Source: Rhodothermales bacterium (GTDB lineage Bacteria > Bacteroidota > Rhodothermia > Rhodothermales > Bin80). Taken from it: a stretch of DNA of 64,000 nucleotides. Made by a program: the position numbers and the translations under genes. Location: NCBI GenBank assembly GCA_965218495.1, contig OZ244626.1, positions 223,886-287,885 on the forward strand. Reading direction: 5' to 3'. Numbering within the stretch: position 1 is the first letter of the stretch; each line of letters opens with the position of its first letter. The notes beneath the pieces are model-generated. The model was not told the DNA's origin, did no database searches, and was given only the letters and a program-made list of their open reading frames with translations. Positions 1-9,758 of this stretch are shown one piece after another.

Positions 1-1495
1 TGACCAAAAGCCATAGCGTGGTCGACACGCTCACGACGACGAAAAGGTTTGTCGGAAATCCTGCGCCAAGCCCGGGCACGGGGACGCCGCACAACTCCAG
101 CACTACCAGGATGATAGGAGTAAGCGTAGCTACCAGTTCACTCCACGCGTTAATGCGCCACCAGTACCACCGGAAGATCAGGACCATGCCAAGCCCCGCA
201 GATGCCGTCAAAATCAACTGCCATGCCCCGCTGATGGAGTCCAGCCGCGTTGCCACGACAATGCTGACTAGGCCAAGTGCAAACGTCAGAACCCTGGAAA
301 GCGTGACGTAGTAGCGCTCGGACCGGCTGCGCGCAACAAACCGGCGCCAGCCGTCATGTACCAGGTACGAAACGCCCCAGTTGAGCTGGGTTGACACGGT
401 GCTCATGAATGCGGCCAGAAATGCTGCCAGCACCAAGCCCAAGAGTCCGGAAGGCAGCACATCGCGCATCACAAGCACAAATCCTTCGCGCGTGTCCGCG
501 AGGTCAGGGTAGAGCACGAGCGAAGCCAGCGCGACCAGAATCCATGGCCATGGTCGCAGGCAGTAGTGCGCAATAGTGTATGAAAGCGTTGCCAGCAGCG
601 CGTGCCGCTCGTCCTTGGCGCTCATCATGCGCTGCGCGATGTAGCCTCCGCCACCTGGTTCGGAGCCAGGGTACCAGCTTGACCACCACTGGATGCCAAT
701 GAAGGCAACAAAGGCCGGGATAGTGAGGGTCATGGCGGCCGCACCCTGGGCGGCATTGCCGAGCGTGGGCAAAAAGTTGAAGGTGCTGGCTGGAAGCTGT
801 GCCTTTAGCCCGGAAATGCCGCCCACATCCGGGTGCTGAAGCACCAACACCGCCATGAGAATAGATCCGCCCATCGCAAGGAAAAACTGGAAGGCATCGG
901 TGACCATCACGCCCCAAAGGCCAGCTAGCAGAGCATACACAGAAACCACCATTACCAACACGCTGACCAGGACCAGGGCGCTGCTGATCTCAAGGCCCAG
1001 GACCACAAACGACCGCCGCCCAAACAGCGCCAACTCTGGAAACAGCACCTGAATCACCGTCTCCATGGCCAGTGAGACCCAGCCAATGATGACCACGTTC
1101 ATCACCAGCCCGAAATACACCGCCTTGATTCCGCGCAGCAAGGCGGCCGGCTTGCCCGTGTAGCGCAATTCCACAAACTCGACATCGGTCTGGATTCCGC
1201 TGCGCCGCCAGAGGCGCGCAAAAAAGATGGCCGTACACATGCCGCCAAAGGCAAAGCTCCACCACAGCCAGTTACCGGCGATGCCGTTAGCGGCGACGAG
1301 CTCTGTGACAGCCAGCGGCGTATCGGCAGCAAAGGTCGTCGCAACCATGCTCGTACCCGCAAGCCACCACGGCATACTGCGCCCACTGAGAAAGAAGTCC
1401 GAAGTGCTCTTTCCAGCCCGGCGGCTGTAGTAAACCGCTATTAAAAAGGTGAAGAGGAAGTAAAGCCCTACTAGTGACCAGTCGAATGGCGTCAT
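1..1495 (-). CDS. Sodium:solute symporter family protein (runs off window start)
   Basis: Not in the ORF track because it is truncated. Manual translation from the ATG at 1495 gives MTPFDWSLVGLYFLFTFLIAVYYSRRAGKSTSDFFLSGRSMPWWLAGTSMVATTFAADTPL, a typical SSS N-terminus followed by hydrophobic segments. Confidence 0.9.
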   Translation of the reverse strand, partial: MTPFDWSLVGLYFLFTFLIAVYYSRRAGKSTSDFFLSGRSMPWWLAGTSMVATTFAADTPLAVTELVAANGIAGNWLWWSFAFGGMCTAIFFARLWRRSGIQTDVEFVELRYTGKPAALLRGIKAVYFGLVMNVVIIGWVSLAMETVIQVLFPELALFGRRSFVVLGLEISSALVLVSVLVMVVSVYALLAGLWGVMVTDAFQFFLAMGGSILMAVLVLQHPDVGGISGLKAQLPASTFNFLPTLGNAAQGAAAMTLTIPAFVAFIGIQWWSSWYPGSEPGGGGYIAQRMMSAKDERHALLATLSYTIAHYCLRPWPWILVALASLVLYPDLADTREGFVLVMRDVLPSGLLGLVLAAFLAAFMSTVSTQLNWGVSYLVHDGWRRFVARSRSERYYVTLSRVLTFALGLVSIVVATRLDSISGAWQLILTASAGLGMVLIFRWYWWRINAWSELVATLTPIILVVLELCGVPVPGLGAGFPTNLFVVVSVSTTLWLLV

Positions 1496-1600
1496 GGATA
1501 ATCTTCAGTCAAGTAGCCACTCCCAGGGCGCGAGTTCAGAGGGTGCGGCTGCAAAGGTAGGGCGCACGGAGCAGCCTAACGCCTAATCTAGGGATGGGGC

Positions 1601-2362
1601 CTAAAGCGGGCGGAGTTTGTCCGGATAGGTCTCGCGGATCAGGGCGCGCGCCAGAGCACGCGCAGGATCGACAATCGTGGGGTCGCTAATATCCTCAACG
1701 GCGAGCGGCAGTTCGGTACAGCCCAGGATGATGATTTCCGCACCACGCTCTCTCAGGTGCTTCATGGCGTCGCGGACCATCTCGGACGCCCGAGCAGTAA
1801 CGGGTGAGGACTGCGCCTTGATGCCAAATGTCGGGTCATAAATCGCGCGATGTACTACCCTGTCCTGCACCTCCTCTGTAGGCATGACGGGCTCCAGTCC
1901 TGCGGCTTTTATCGCTTTTTCATAGACGCCCTGGCGAAAAGTCCCCAGCGTCGACAGCGGCCCGATGCGCCTGGCCCGTGGTAGCGCCACCTGCACGTGC
2001 CGTATCGTCTCGTGAATGAGGTGCAGAATTCGGATGCGGTGTCCGCCGCTGCGTAGCCGCTCCATCAAAACGTCAAAGATGGGCGGCATATGCGCGGAGT
2101 TGCAGGACATGCCCGCAACGGTAGCACCCAGCCTATCCAATTTGATGGCTACAGCTGCAATCGCGATGCCGGGATTCTCCTCGATGCGACCGAGCACGTA
2201 TGCACTGCGATCCTGAATCGTGTGCCCATAGGAGAGAAGGGCCACTGGAAGGTGATCCTGATCTGAGCCGGCAATGGTCTCAGAGAGGACCTTGCTTACG
2301 AGATCCAGTCCGGCAAACGGACCCATACCGCCCAAAACGCCGATTACCGGCTCCCGCTTCAT
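1601..2362 (-). CDS. Aspartate/glutamate racemase family protein
   Basis: IGVLGGMGP N-terminal motif and both catalytic Cys motifs (SCNSAH, LGCTELP). Confidence 0.9.
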   Translation of the reverse strand: MKREPVIGVLGGMGPFAGLDLVSKVLSETIAGSDQDHLPVALLSYGHTIQDRSAYVLGRIEENPGIAIAAVAIKLDRLGATVAGMSCNSAHMPPIFDVLMERLRSGGHRIRILHLIHETIRHVQVALPRARRIGPLSTLGTFRQGVYEKAIKAAGLEPVMPTEEVQDRVVHRAIYDPTFGIKAQSSPVTARASEMVRDAMKHLRERGAEIIILGCTELPLAVEDISDPTIVDPARALARALIRETYPDKLRPL

Positions 2363-2499
2363 GGCATCACGCGTTAAAACCGTACTTTACCAGAAGTGTT
2401 AAACGGTGTTTCTTGTGCCTCTTGGCGGAATGCAGCCATTCTTCCTTTACCGCAATGCTCCCGCACTTGGTGCTATCAGGCTGAAGCGCCGCGCCTTGA

Positions 2500-2570
2500 T
2501 GCCCGGTAGTCTAATGGCAGGACAGCGGCCTTTGGAGCCGTTGGTGGAGGTTCGAATCCTCCCCGGGCAA
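2500..2570 (+). tRNA. tRNA-Gln (anticodon TTG)
   Basis: Acceptor stem TGCCCGG/CCGGGCA, anticodon arm GCGGC-CTTTGGA-GCCGT and T-arm GGAGG-TTCGAAT-CCTCC. Lies in the usual position upstream of prs. CCA is not encoded. Confidence 0.95.
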
Positions 2571-2629
2571 CACTATCGGAGCCTTAGCCAGCTCAGTATT
2601 CCCACTCTTCGAATCTGATTTACTTACTG

Positions 2630-3568
2630 ATGGTCAGGGATTTACCTATTGGCCTGTTTACAGGCGGCAGTAATCCACAGTTGGCGGCGCGCATCGCCCG
2701 CTTGTTTGGACAAGAGCTCGGGCAGCTAACCAGCAAGGTGTTCTCCGATGGCGAAATTTACTGTCGTTACGAGGAGTCCATCCGGGGCATGGACGTGTTC
2801 ATCATCCAGAGCACGTTTCCCAATGCCGACAACTGGATGGAGCTCCTGCTGCTTATTGACGCCGCCAAGAGGGCTTCCGCTGCGCGCATCACTGCAGTGG
2901 TCCCGTACTTTGGCTATGCCAGGCAGGAGCGCAAGGACCAGCCGCGTGTCTCAATCGCTGCCAAGCTGATGGCGGACATGCTGACGACGGCGGGGATCGA
3001 TCGCCTGCTCACTATGGACCTGCACGCGTCCCAGATCCAAGGATTCTTCGATGTTCCGGTGGATCATTTGTACGCGTCCGTAGTTTTTACGGATCATTTT
3101 CGGCAACTAGATCTAGAGAACTTGGTCGTAGTCGCCCCGGATGTCGGGGCAATCAAGATGGCGAGAGCCTACGCCAACCGGCTCGACTCGGATCTGGCTG
3201 TTATCGACAAGCGGCGCCCTAGCCAGAATCAGGCAGAAGTAGTGAACATCATTGGCGAAGTGAACGGCAAGAACGTGCTGCTCATTGACGACCTCATTGA
3301 CACGGCCGGGACGCTTACCAATGCGGCCAATGCGCTGCGACGGGCTGGTGCGCGCGACATACAGGCTGCATGCACCCACGCGCTGTTGTCAGGACCGGCC
3401 TACGAACGCATTGAGGCCTCGGCCCTAAGTAGAGTCGTAGTATCCGACAGCGTCCCGCTAAAGCGTTCCTCGGACTCCGTGCAGGTAGTCAGTGTGGCGG
3501 GCTTGTTTGCCGAAGCCATTCAGCGTATCACCACTGATGCCTCAGTGTCCACGCTCTTCATGACGTAA
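2630..3568 (+). CDS. prs: Ribose-phosphate pyrophosphokinase
   Basis: FSDGE, PYFGYARQ, DLHASQIQGFFD and LLIDDLIDTAGT motifs. Confidence 0.97.
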   Translation: MVRDLPIGLFTGGSNPQLAARIARLFGQELGQLTSKVFSDGEIYCRYEESIRGMDVFIIQSTFPNADNWMELLLLIDAAKRASAARITAVVPYFGYARQERKDQPRVSIAAKLMADMLTTAGIDRLLTMDLHASQIQGFFDVPVDHLYASVVFTDHFRQLDLENLVVVAPDVGAIKMARAYANRLDSDLAVIDKRRPSQNQAEVVNIIGEVNGKNVLLIDDLIDTAGTLTNAANALRRAGARDIQAACTHALLSGPAYERIEASALSRVVVSDSVPLKRSSDSVQVVSVAGLFAEAIQRITTDASVSTLFMT

Positions 3569-3584
3569 AGCCCACCGGTTTCTA

Positions 3585-4190
3585 ATGAACATCATTTCGC
3601 TAACGGCGGAATCGCGACAGCTTGGCAGAAGCGCCGCGCGCGCCACACGGCGCGCTGGCAATGTGCCTTGCATCCTCTATGGGCGTCACGTTGACGCTGT
3701 CCCTTTTAGCGCCTCCGAAAAGAGTCTGCTTCCGCTCATCCACACGGCCGAGGCCCACTTGGTGCGAATCGCCATGGGCGATGCGTCGTGGGAGTGCATC
3801 CTGAAAGACATGGCATTCCATCCGGTCACGGATCGTCCCATGCACGCAGATTTTCAGGTCCTGCAGGCAGGAGAAGCCGTAACCCTGACAGTGCCGGTTC
3901 GCTACGCGGGACCGTCAATAGGCCAGTCTCGCGGTGGCCGCGTGCAATTTGCGATCACGGAGCTCACCGTGTCGTGCCTCCCGAAACACATCCCGACGCA
4001 AATTGACGTCAACGTCACGGATGTCGACATTGGTGACGCGATCCACGTACGAGATCTCAAGGTGGAGAACCTTGAAATTGGTGCACCGGGCGACCAGATT
4101 CTGATGTCCGTTGAGCGGCCGCGCGCCCAGATTGAAGTGGATGAAGAAGACGAGGACGAGGGCATTGAAGAGGCCCCGCAGGACGAATAG
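3585..4190 (+). CDS. rplY: 50S ribosomal protein L25 / Ctc
   Basis: RRAGNVPCILYG and HPVTDRPMHADF motifs, Ctc C-terminal domain, acidic tail, and prs-rplY-pth synteny. Confidence 0.95.
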   Translation: MNIISLTAESRQLGRSAARATRRAGNVPCILYGRHVDAVPFSASEKSLLPLIHTAEAHLVRIAMGDASWECILKDMAFHPVTDRPMHADFQVLQAGEAVTLTVPVRYAGPSIGQSRGGRVQFAITELTVSCLPKHIPTQIDVNVTDVDIGDAIHVRDLKVENLEIGAPGDQILMSVERPRAQIEVDEEDEDEGIEEAPQDE

Positions 4191-4207
4191 CACGTGCAGT
4201 TTGTGCC

Positions 4208-4846
4208 ATGGCGGGAACGCGGAGGCTCATAGTCGGGCTCGGTAACCCGACTCCGCAATACGCGGCTACTCGCCACAACGTAGGCTTTGAGGTGCTGGAT
4301 CGCCTAATCGGAAAGGGGTCATTTCGCTCTGATGGCCGTGCTCAGGCGCTCGTGGCCGACCGGCGGCTCCGCGGCCGCCCCGTAGTCCTGGCTAAGCCGC
4401 AGGCTTTCATGAACAGGAGCGGCAATGCCGTCAGGAGTCTGGCGCAACGGTACTCCTTGCAATCCGAAGCCATCATGGTAGTTGTGGACGACCTTAACCT
4501 GCCGCTGGGCATGATTCGCGTGCGAGCGCAAGGCAGCGCAGGCGGCCACAACGGGTTGCAGGATATCATCGATCACCTGGAAACGAACGCCTTTGCACGA
4601 GTTCGTGTTGGCATCGGAGGCGAGTTTGAGAACGGGCAGCAGAGTCGCTACGTACTCGCGTCCTTTGCGGTTGCCGAGTTGCCGGTGATTGAAGAGGCGA
4701 TTGGACGCGCCGCAGAGGCGGTGACAGCCTATGTAACCGATGGCATCACAACGGCGATGAATCGCTTTAATCGCCGCGCCGCGAAAACGACTCAGCCAGA
4801 CCAGTCCAGCGATCAGCAGACGGGGACACAAGGAGCACCGTCGTGA
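4208..4846 (+). CDS. pth: Peptidyl-tRNA hydrolase
   Basis: LIVGLGNP, TRHNVGF, KPQAFMNRSG and GSAGGHNGL motifs. Confidence 0.96.
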   Translation: MAGTRRLIVGLGNPTPQYAATRHNVGFEVLDRLIGKGSFRSDGRAQALVADRRLRGRPVVLAKPQAFMNRSGNAVRSLAQRYSLQSEAIMVVVDDLNLPLGMIRVRAQGSAGGHNGLQDIIDHLETNAFARVRVGIGGEFENGQQSRYVLASFAVAELPVIEEAIGRAAEAVTAYVTDGITTAMNRFNRRAAKTTQPDQSSDQQTGTQGAPS

Positions 4847-5002
4847 TGTCTATGAGCTTGAATTCTTCGCGCAATCGCACTGCGCACTCATCCCGATTGT
4901 ACCCTGACATACGCTGAGCCGTTGTAGGAACCTTGCAAGCGATTCTATAGCTATTGCTTTTCCCGGCGTGTGCTTTTGCCGGACACCTCACTAGTCAACG
5001 CG

Positions 5003-7123
5003 ATGAATTACCAACTGGTCACGATTCTTGTCCCCGCAGCGGGCGTCATAGCACTTTTGTTCGCACTTATGCGTGCGCGCTGGATCCAAAAACAAGATCC
5101 CGGCACCGAGGCTATGGTTGAGATCGCGGGTGCCATCTCGCGTGGTGCGCGTGCATTCCTTCGACGTGAGTATCGCGTCCTGGCCATCTTTGTCCTCGCC
5201 GTGGCCGCGCTTCTGCTCTTCGTTAACCTGCAGGAGCGGCAGATGGGTGGGGAGGTCGTCAACTCTCCGCTTCTGGCAGTGTCGTTTCTGGTCGGTGCCT
5301 TGTGCTCTGGACTCGCCGGTTTTATTGGGATGACTGTCGCAACGCGCGCCAACGTGCGTACTACGCATGCAGCGCGCACGGGCTTGGCGCCAGCATTGAA
5401 CGTAGCGTTTTCAGGCGGGCTCGTTATGGGCCTGAGCGTCGTAGGCCTAGGTGTGTTGGGGCTTGGAGTGCTGCTATTGGCCTACGATAACCTGACGGAC
5501 TGGACGCCGACACGCATCGTTAACGTGATAGCGAGCTTTTCGCTGGGTGCTTCCTCCATCGCGCTGTTTGCGCGCGTAGGGGGCGGCATTTATACCAAGG
5601 CGGCGGATGTCGGGGCGGACCTCGCTGGCAAGGTTTATGAAGGCATTCCGGAAGATGACCCGCGCAACCCCGCGACGATTGCGGACAATGTCGGTGACAA
5701 TGTCGGGGATGTGGCCGGTATGGGAGCAGACCTCTTTGAAAGCTACGTCGGCTCCATCATCGGCACCATGATATTGGGCACGGGCTTCCTGACCGTCTTT
5801 GAGGGTTTTGACCTGCCAACGGGGGCGTTGGGCCCTGTGCTGCTTCCGCTCGTACTCGCTGCCACCGGTATCCTGGTGTCCGTGGCCGGGTCCTTTCTTG
5901 TTCGAACGAGGGAGGGTGGTAGCCCGCAACGGGCGCTCAACTTCGGCGAGTTCGGCGCCAGTGCCATCATGGCGGTGGTTGCATTTTTTGTTATACGATG
6001 GATGCTTCCTGAATCTTGGGCCGCCACCACGCCCATCGTTGGTGAATTCAGCTACACGTCGCTGGGTGTATTCTGGGCCGTCCTGATTGGACTGACGGCT
6101 GGTGTCCTTATTGGTCTGGCAACCGAGTACTTCACTTCTACGCATACGCGGCCAACCTTTGAAATCGCGCGGCAAAGCATCACGGGGCCGGCAACCAACA
6201 TCATCTCAGGCCTCGGGTTTGGAATGTATTCTACGGGCCTGCCGGCGCTGATTCTTGCGGGCGCCATAATTGGGGCCCACGCAGTTGCTGGACTCTACGG
6301 CGTGGCAATTGCGGCGGTGGGGATGCTCTCAGTCACCGGAATCCAACTTGCCGTGGATGCCTATGGCCCTATTTCCGATAACGCCGGCGGAATCGCCGAG
6401 ATGGCCAAGCTGCCGCCGGAGGTCCGCGAACGGACCGACAAGCTTGATGCAGTTGGCAACACAACGGCAGCGATAGGAAAAGGCTTTGCCATCGGCTCTG
6501 CTGCGCTGACCGCGCTGGCGCTGTTTGCGGCCTTTATGCAGCAGGCCGGCATGGAGACCATCAACGTGGCTAAGCCACACATTCTGGCCGGATTGCTGAT
6601 AGGTGCAGCCCTGCCATACGTGTTTAGCGCCATGGCGATGGCAGCGGTAGGGCGTGCGGCGTCCGACATGATTACCGAGGTCGGGCGTCAGTTTAAAGAA
6701 ATTCCCGGGCTCCGCGAGGGCAAGGCCGTTGCTGAGTACGCGCGATGCGTTGACATCGCAACAGCCGCAGCTATCCGCGAAATGATTGCACCGGGCCTGC
6801 TAGCGCTGGTCGTTCCGGTCACCATCGGATTCATCAGCAAAGATATGCTGGGTGGACTGTTGGTCGGCGTGACGGTGTCCGGCGTGCTGCTGGCCATCTT
6901 CCAGTCGAACGCCGGTGGCGCTTGGGACAATGCCAAGAAGCGCATCGAATCCGGGATGGAGATCGGCGGCAAGGCGCTGTACAAAGGCACCGAAGCTCAC
7001 AAAGCTGCCGTGGCGGGCGACACCGTTGGCGATCCGTTTAAAGATACCTCCGGGCCAAGCCTGAACATACTTATCAAGCTGATCGCAGTTGTAGCACTAG
7101 TAATAGCGCCACTTCTAGCCTAG
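5003..7123 (+). CDS. hppA: Membrane-bound pyrophosphatase, K+-dependent, probably Na+-translocating
   Basis: [33 protein letters not shown] and [14 protein letters not shown] motifs. GNTTAA indicates K+ dependence. ATG 5003 preferred over the track's 4970. Confidence 0.95.
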   Translation: MNYQLVTILVPAAGVIALLFALMRARWIQKQDPGTEAMVEIAGAISRGARAFLRREYRVLAIFVLAVAALLLFVNLQERQMGGEVVNSPLLAVSFLVGALCSGLAGFIGMTVATRANVRTTHAARTGLAPALNVAFSGGLVMGLSVVGLGVLGLGVLLLAYDNLTDWTPTRIVNVIASFSLGASSIALFARVGGGIYTKAADVGADLAGKVYEGIPEDDPRNPATIADNVGDNVGDVAGMGADLFESYVGSIIGTMILGTGFLTVFEGFDLPTGALGPVLLPLVLAATGILVSVAGSFLVRTREGGSPQRALNFGEFGASAIMAVVAFFVIRWMLPESWAATTPIVGEFSYTSLGVFWAVLIGLTAGVLIGLATEYFTSTHTRPTFEIARQSITGPATNIISGLGFGMYSTGLPALILAGAIIGAHAVAGLYGVAIAAVGMLSVTGIQLAVDAYGPISDNAGGIAEMAKLPPEVRERTDKLDAVGNTTAAIGKGFAIGSAALTALALFAAFMQQAGMETINVAKPHILAGLLIGAALPYVFSAMAMAAVGRAASDMITEVGRQFKEIPGLREGKAVAEYARCVDIATAAAIREMIAPGLLALVVPVTIGFISKDMLGGLLVGVTVSGVLLAIFQSNAGGAWDNAKKRIESGMEIGGKALYKGTEAHKAAVAGDTVGDPFKDTSGPSLNILIKLIAVVALVIAPLLA

Positions 7124-7198
7124 GGTCACGTGATGCGGAATACTCTACAGGGCCCAAAGCCGTACCTTTCCATGTTTCAAGGAGGACGGAGGTAACTG

Positions 7199-8791
7199 AT
7201 GGCCACGGTAGACGTTCTTATGCCCAAGATGGGCGAGAGCATCACGGAAGGGACCGTCATCGCCTGGCACAAGAAGGTCGGCGAGGAGGTAGAGCTGGAT
7301 GAGATTCTCCTGGAGATCGGCACCGACAAGGTAGACACAGAGATTCCAGCTTCCAGCGCAGGAGTGCTGGCGGAGATTATTGTGGAAGAAGGCGCAACGG
7401 TGGATGTCGGTACGGCGATTGCAAGGATACGAACGGGCGCGGCTGCGGCTGAGCCAGCGCCGCCGGTGCCCCCTGCTGCATCCGCCGAGACTCCTCCGTC
7501 CGTTTCCGGAGGAGCCAAAGTCAACGTGATCATGCCCAAGATGGGCGAAAGCATCACCGAGGGTACCGTAATCGCGTGGCATAAGAAGGTCGGAGACGCA
7601 GTCGCACTGGATGAGACGATCCTTGAGATTGGCACGGACAAGGTGGATACTGAAGTGCCGTCGCCGGCCGCAGGCACGTTGGCGGAAATCCTGGTGCCCG
7701 AAGGCGCAACCGTGGATGTCGGCGTCACCCTGGCGCTTATCGCCACTGGTAAAGGAAAGCTGGTCTCGAGTGTACCCACTCCGGCTCCAACTGCACCAAC
7801 AGCCGAGCCCATCGCTGTGCCGGAAGAAGACACTGCCGCTTCAGCACGGCACCTTAGCGATGGCCGCTTCCTGACTCCCTTGGTGCGAGCCATTGCGCAG
7901 AAGGAGGGGGTCACTACGGGTGAGCTCGAGGGTATCAGCGGCTCTGGCAGTCGAGGTCGCATCAACAAGCGGGACATCCTCGAATACCTCCAGACGCGCG
8001 AGCGCCTGGAGGCATCACCCAAGCCCCCGCCAAAGCCGCTACGCGTCGAGGCGCCGGAGGAATCCCCCGCTCCCGGGACCCGTGAAGAGGTCATTGAGAT
8101 GGACCGGGTCCGGCAACTGGTAGCGCACCACATGACGCTGTCGCGCAGAACCGCCGCCCATGTTACCTCGTTTGCAGAGGTTGATGCTACCAACCTGGTG
8201 CGTCTGCGCGAAGCAAACAAACATTCGTTTTTTGAGCGTGCGGGGATAAAGCTGACCTACACGCCGTTTCTGGTGTATGCGGCAGTGGAGGCCCTGCGTG
8301 AACATCCGATTCTGAATTCCTCCGTTGACGGGACACGAATAATCCTCAAGAAGGACTTTCATATCGGCATAGCGGTCAACATTGACAACACTGGTCTGAT
8401 TGTTCCGGTCATCATGCATGCCGGGCGTCAGCGCGTGGCGGGGCTCGCGCACGCCGCGAATGACCTGGCCCAGCGGGCACGGTCCAGCGACCTTCAGCCG
8501 GACGATCTGCAGGGTGGCACCTTTACCATTACCAACCTGGGGTCACTGGGCTCGATCATGGGGACTCCCATCATCCTGCAGCCGCAGGTCGCGATCCTCG
8601 CTACGGGATCAATAAGAAAGCGCCCAGTGGTAGTGGAAGACCCGGTCCTAGGGGACGTGATTGCCATCCGGCACATGATGTACCTGTCGCTTTCGTATGA
8701 TCACCGTATCATCGATGGCGCAATGGGAATCTCGTTTCTTCGTAAATTCGCAGCAGTCATTGAGAATTTCGACTCCACGGCTGAGGTCTGA
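7199..8791 (+). CDS. 2-oxoacid dehydrogenase E2 (dihydrolipoamide acyltransferase, SucB-like) with two lipoyl domains
   Basis: Two MPKMGESITEGT...EIGTDKVDTE lipoyl domains, an E3-binding domain (GSGSRGRINKRD) and the catalytic DHRIIDG motif. Confidence 0.93.
   Translation: MATVDVLMPKMGESITEGTVIAWHKKVGEEVELDEILLEIGTDKVDTEIPASSAGVLAEIIVEEGATVDVGTAIARIRTGAAAAEPAPPVPPAASAETPPSVSGGAKVNVIMPKMGESITEGTVIAWHKKVGDAVALDETILEIGTDKVDTEVPSPAAGTLAEILVPEGATVDVGVTLALIATGKGKLVSSVPTPAPTAPTAEPIAVPEEDTAASARHLSDGRFLTPLVRAIAQKEGVTTGELEGISGSGSRGRINKRDILEYLQTRERLEASPKPPPKPLRVEAPEESPAPGTREEVIEMDRVRQLVAHHMTLSRRTAAHVTSFAEVDATNLVRLREANKHSFFERAGIKLTYTPFLVYAAVEALREHPILNSSVDGTRIILKKDFHIGIAVNIDNTGLIVPVIMHAGRQRVAGLAHAANDLAQRARSSDLQPDDLQGGTFTITNLGSLGSIMGTPIILQPQVAILATGSIRKRPVVVEDPVLGDVIAIRHMMYLSLSYDHRIIDGAMGISFLRKFAAVIENFDSTAEV
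7220..7722 (+). repeat. Intragenic direct repeat encoding the duplicated lipoyl domain (about 7220-7410 and 7532-7722)
   Basis: Both copies begin ATGCCCAAGATGGGCGA and differ mostly at synonymous sites; offset is 312 nt. Confidence 0.85.
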
Positions 8792-8819
8792 GCAGCAGTT
8801 AGGAGCAGGCAAACTGACT

Positions 8820-9758
8820 ATGCAGGAATTCATTGCCACAACAGCGAGAGCAAGCGGGCAGGGCGCCCAGGTGCTAACTGTGGGCGAGTTGCACCACCGG
8901 CAGCAGGTGTTTCTGACGGAGTACCTTCGAGACAAAGCCAAAGCTACGAAGGGGACATACGACCGGTGCCTCAACGAGTTTGGCCGATGGCTGGACGAGC
9001 AGGGTGGCTACTGCCCAATGACGCCGGCGGCCATGGACGACTATCAGGACTACCTGACCGTGGAGCGAGCCTTAAGCGCAAGGACTGTGGCCACCTATCT
9101 GACGGCGTTGCGGCAGTTTTCCAAGTACCTAGTGGAAACCGGGTTTCTGACCGAGAATCCCACGGTTCACCTCAAGACCGTCTATCAACCAGCAGCACAC
9201 GCAACACAGGCGCTTTTCGAGCAGGAGATCCTCGGGCTACTAAGCGTGGTGGACACGGATACCCGTATGGGCAAACGCGATATGGCCATCATCTACGGGA
9301 TGCTCTATGCAGGCCTGACTGAGACGGATATCGAGCGGGCGAACGTGGCAGATATGGAGCGGACCTTGATGGGGATCCATATACGGGTACAGGGCAAGGG
9401 GAGCCCCAAGAAATCGGAGACGGTTCCGCTAGACGACCTTGTGATGCGGAAGTTCGCGGAGTATCTGGAGACACGTCCCGCCCATGGTCCCGAGGATCCG
9501 CTGTTCTTGTCGCAGTCCCATAGGAGTAAGGGCGGACGGCTTGACGCGCGATCAATTCGACGCAGGATAACCACCTATCTCTCCAAAGCCGGCCTTCGGC
9601 GCCCAGGCGTGACCACGCAGAGTCTGACACTGACAGCACTCATGCTGTGGCTGAACGACGGGATGAGTATGGCCGACATAAAGCTGCGAGTCCGCGGCCG
9701 AGGTCTCAAGGCGAAGGTGGCGCACCTTCGGGCAAGTGGCCTGCTCCTGCACGGCTAA
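8820..9758 (+). CDS. XerC/XerD-like tyrosine recombinase homologue, catalytic residues degenerate
   Basis: Core-binding domain (LSARTVATYLTALRQFSKYL...ENP), RDMAII and VQGKG are present. Box I reads AGLTETD, box II reads TTQSLTLT, and there is no Tyr after box II. ATG 8820 chosen. Confidence 0.85.
   Translation: MQEFIATTARASGQGAQVLTVGELHHRQQVFLTEYLRDKAKATKGTYDRCLNEFGRWLDEQGGYCPMTPAAMDDYQDYLTVERALSARTVATYLTALRQFSKYLVETGFLTENPTVHLKTVYQPAAHATQALFEQEILGLLSVVDTDTRMGKRDMAIIYGMLYAGLTETDIERANVADMERTLMGIHIRVQGKGSPKKSETVPLDDLVMRKFAEYLETRPAHGPEDPLFLSQSHRSKGGRLDARSIRRRITTYLSKAGLRRPGVTTQSLTLTALMLWLNDGMSMADIKLRVRGRGLKAKVAHLRASGLLLHG

Noticed and set aside
2406-2618. 70-aa ORF upstream of prs
   Set aside because: Overlaps tRNA-Gln; spurious translation.
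7220-7722. Direct repeat within the E2 gene
   Set aside because: Ordinary tandem lipoyl domains.
7177-8220. Long antisense ORFs (also 13089-13985, 17643-18521, 40476-41564 and many others)
   Set aside because: Shadows of well-supported opposite-strand genes in GC-rich DNA, with no recognisable motifs.
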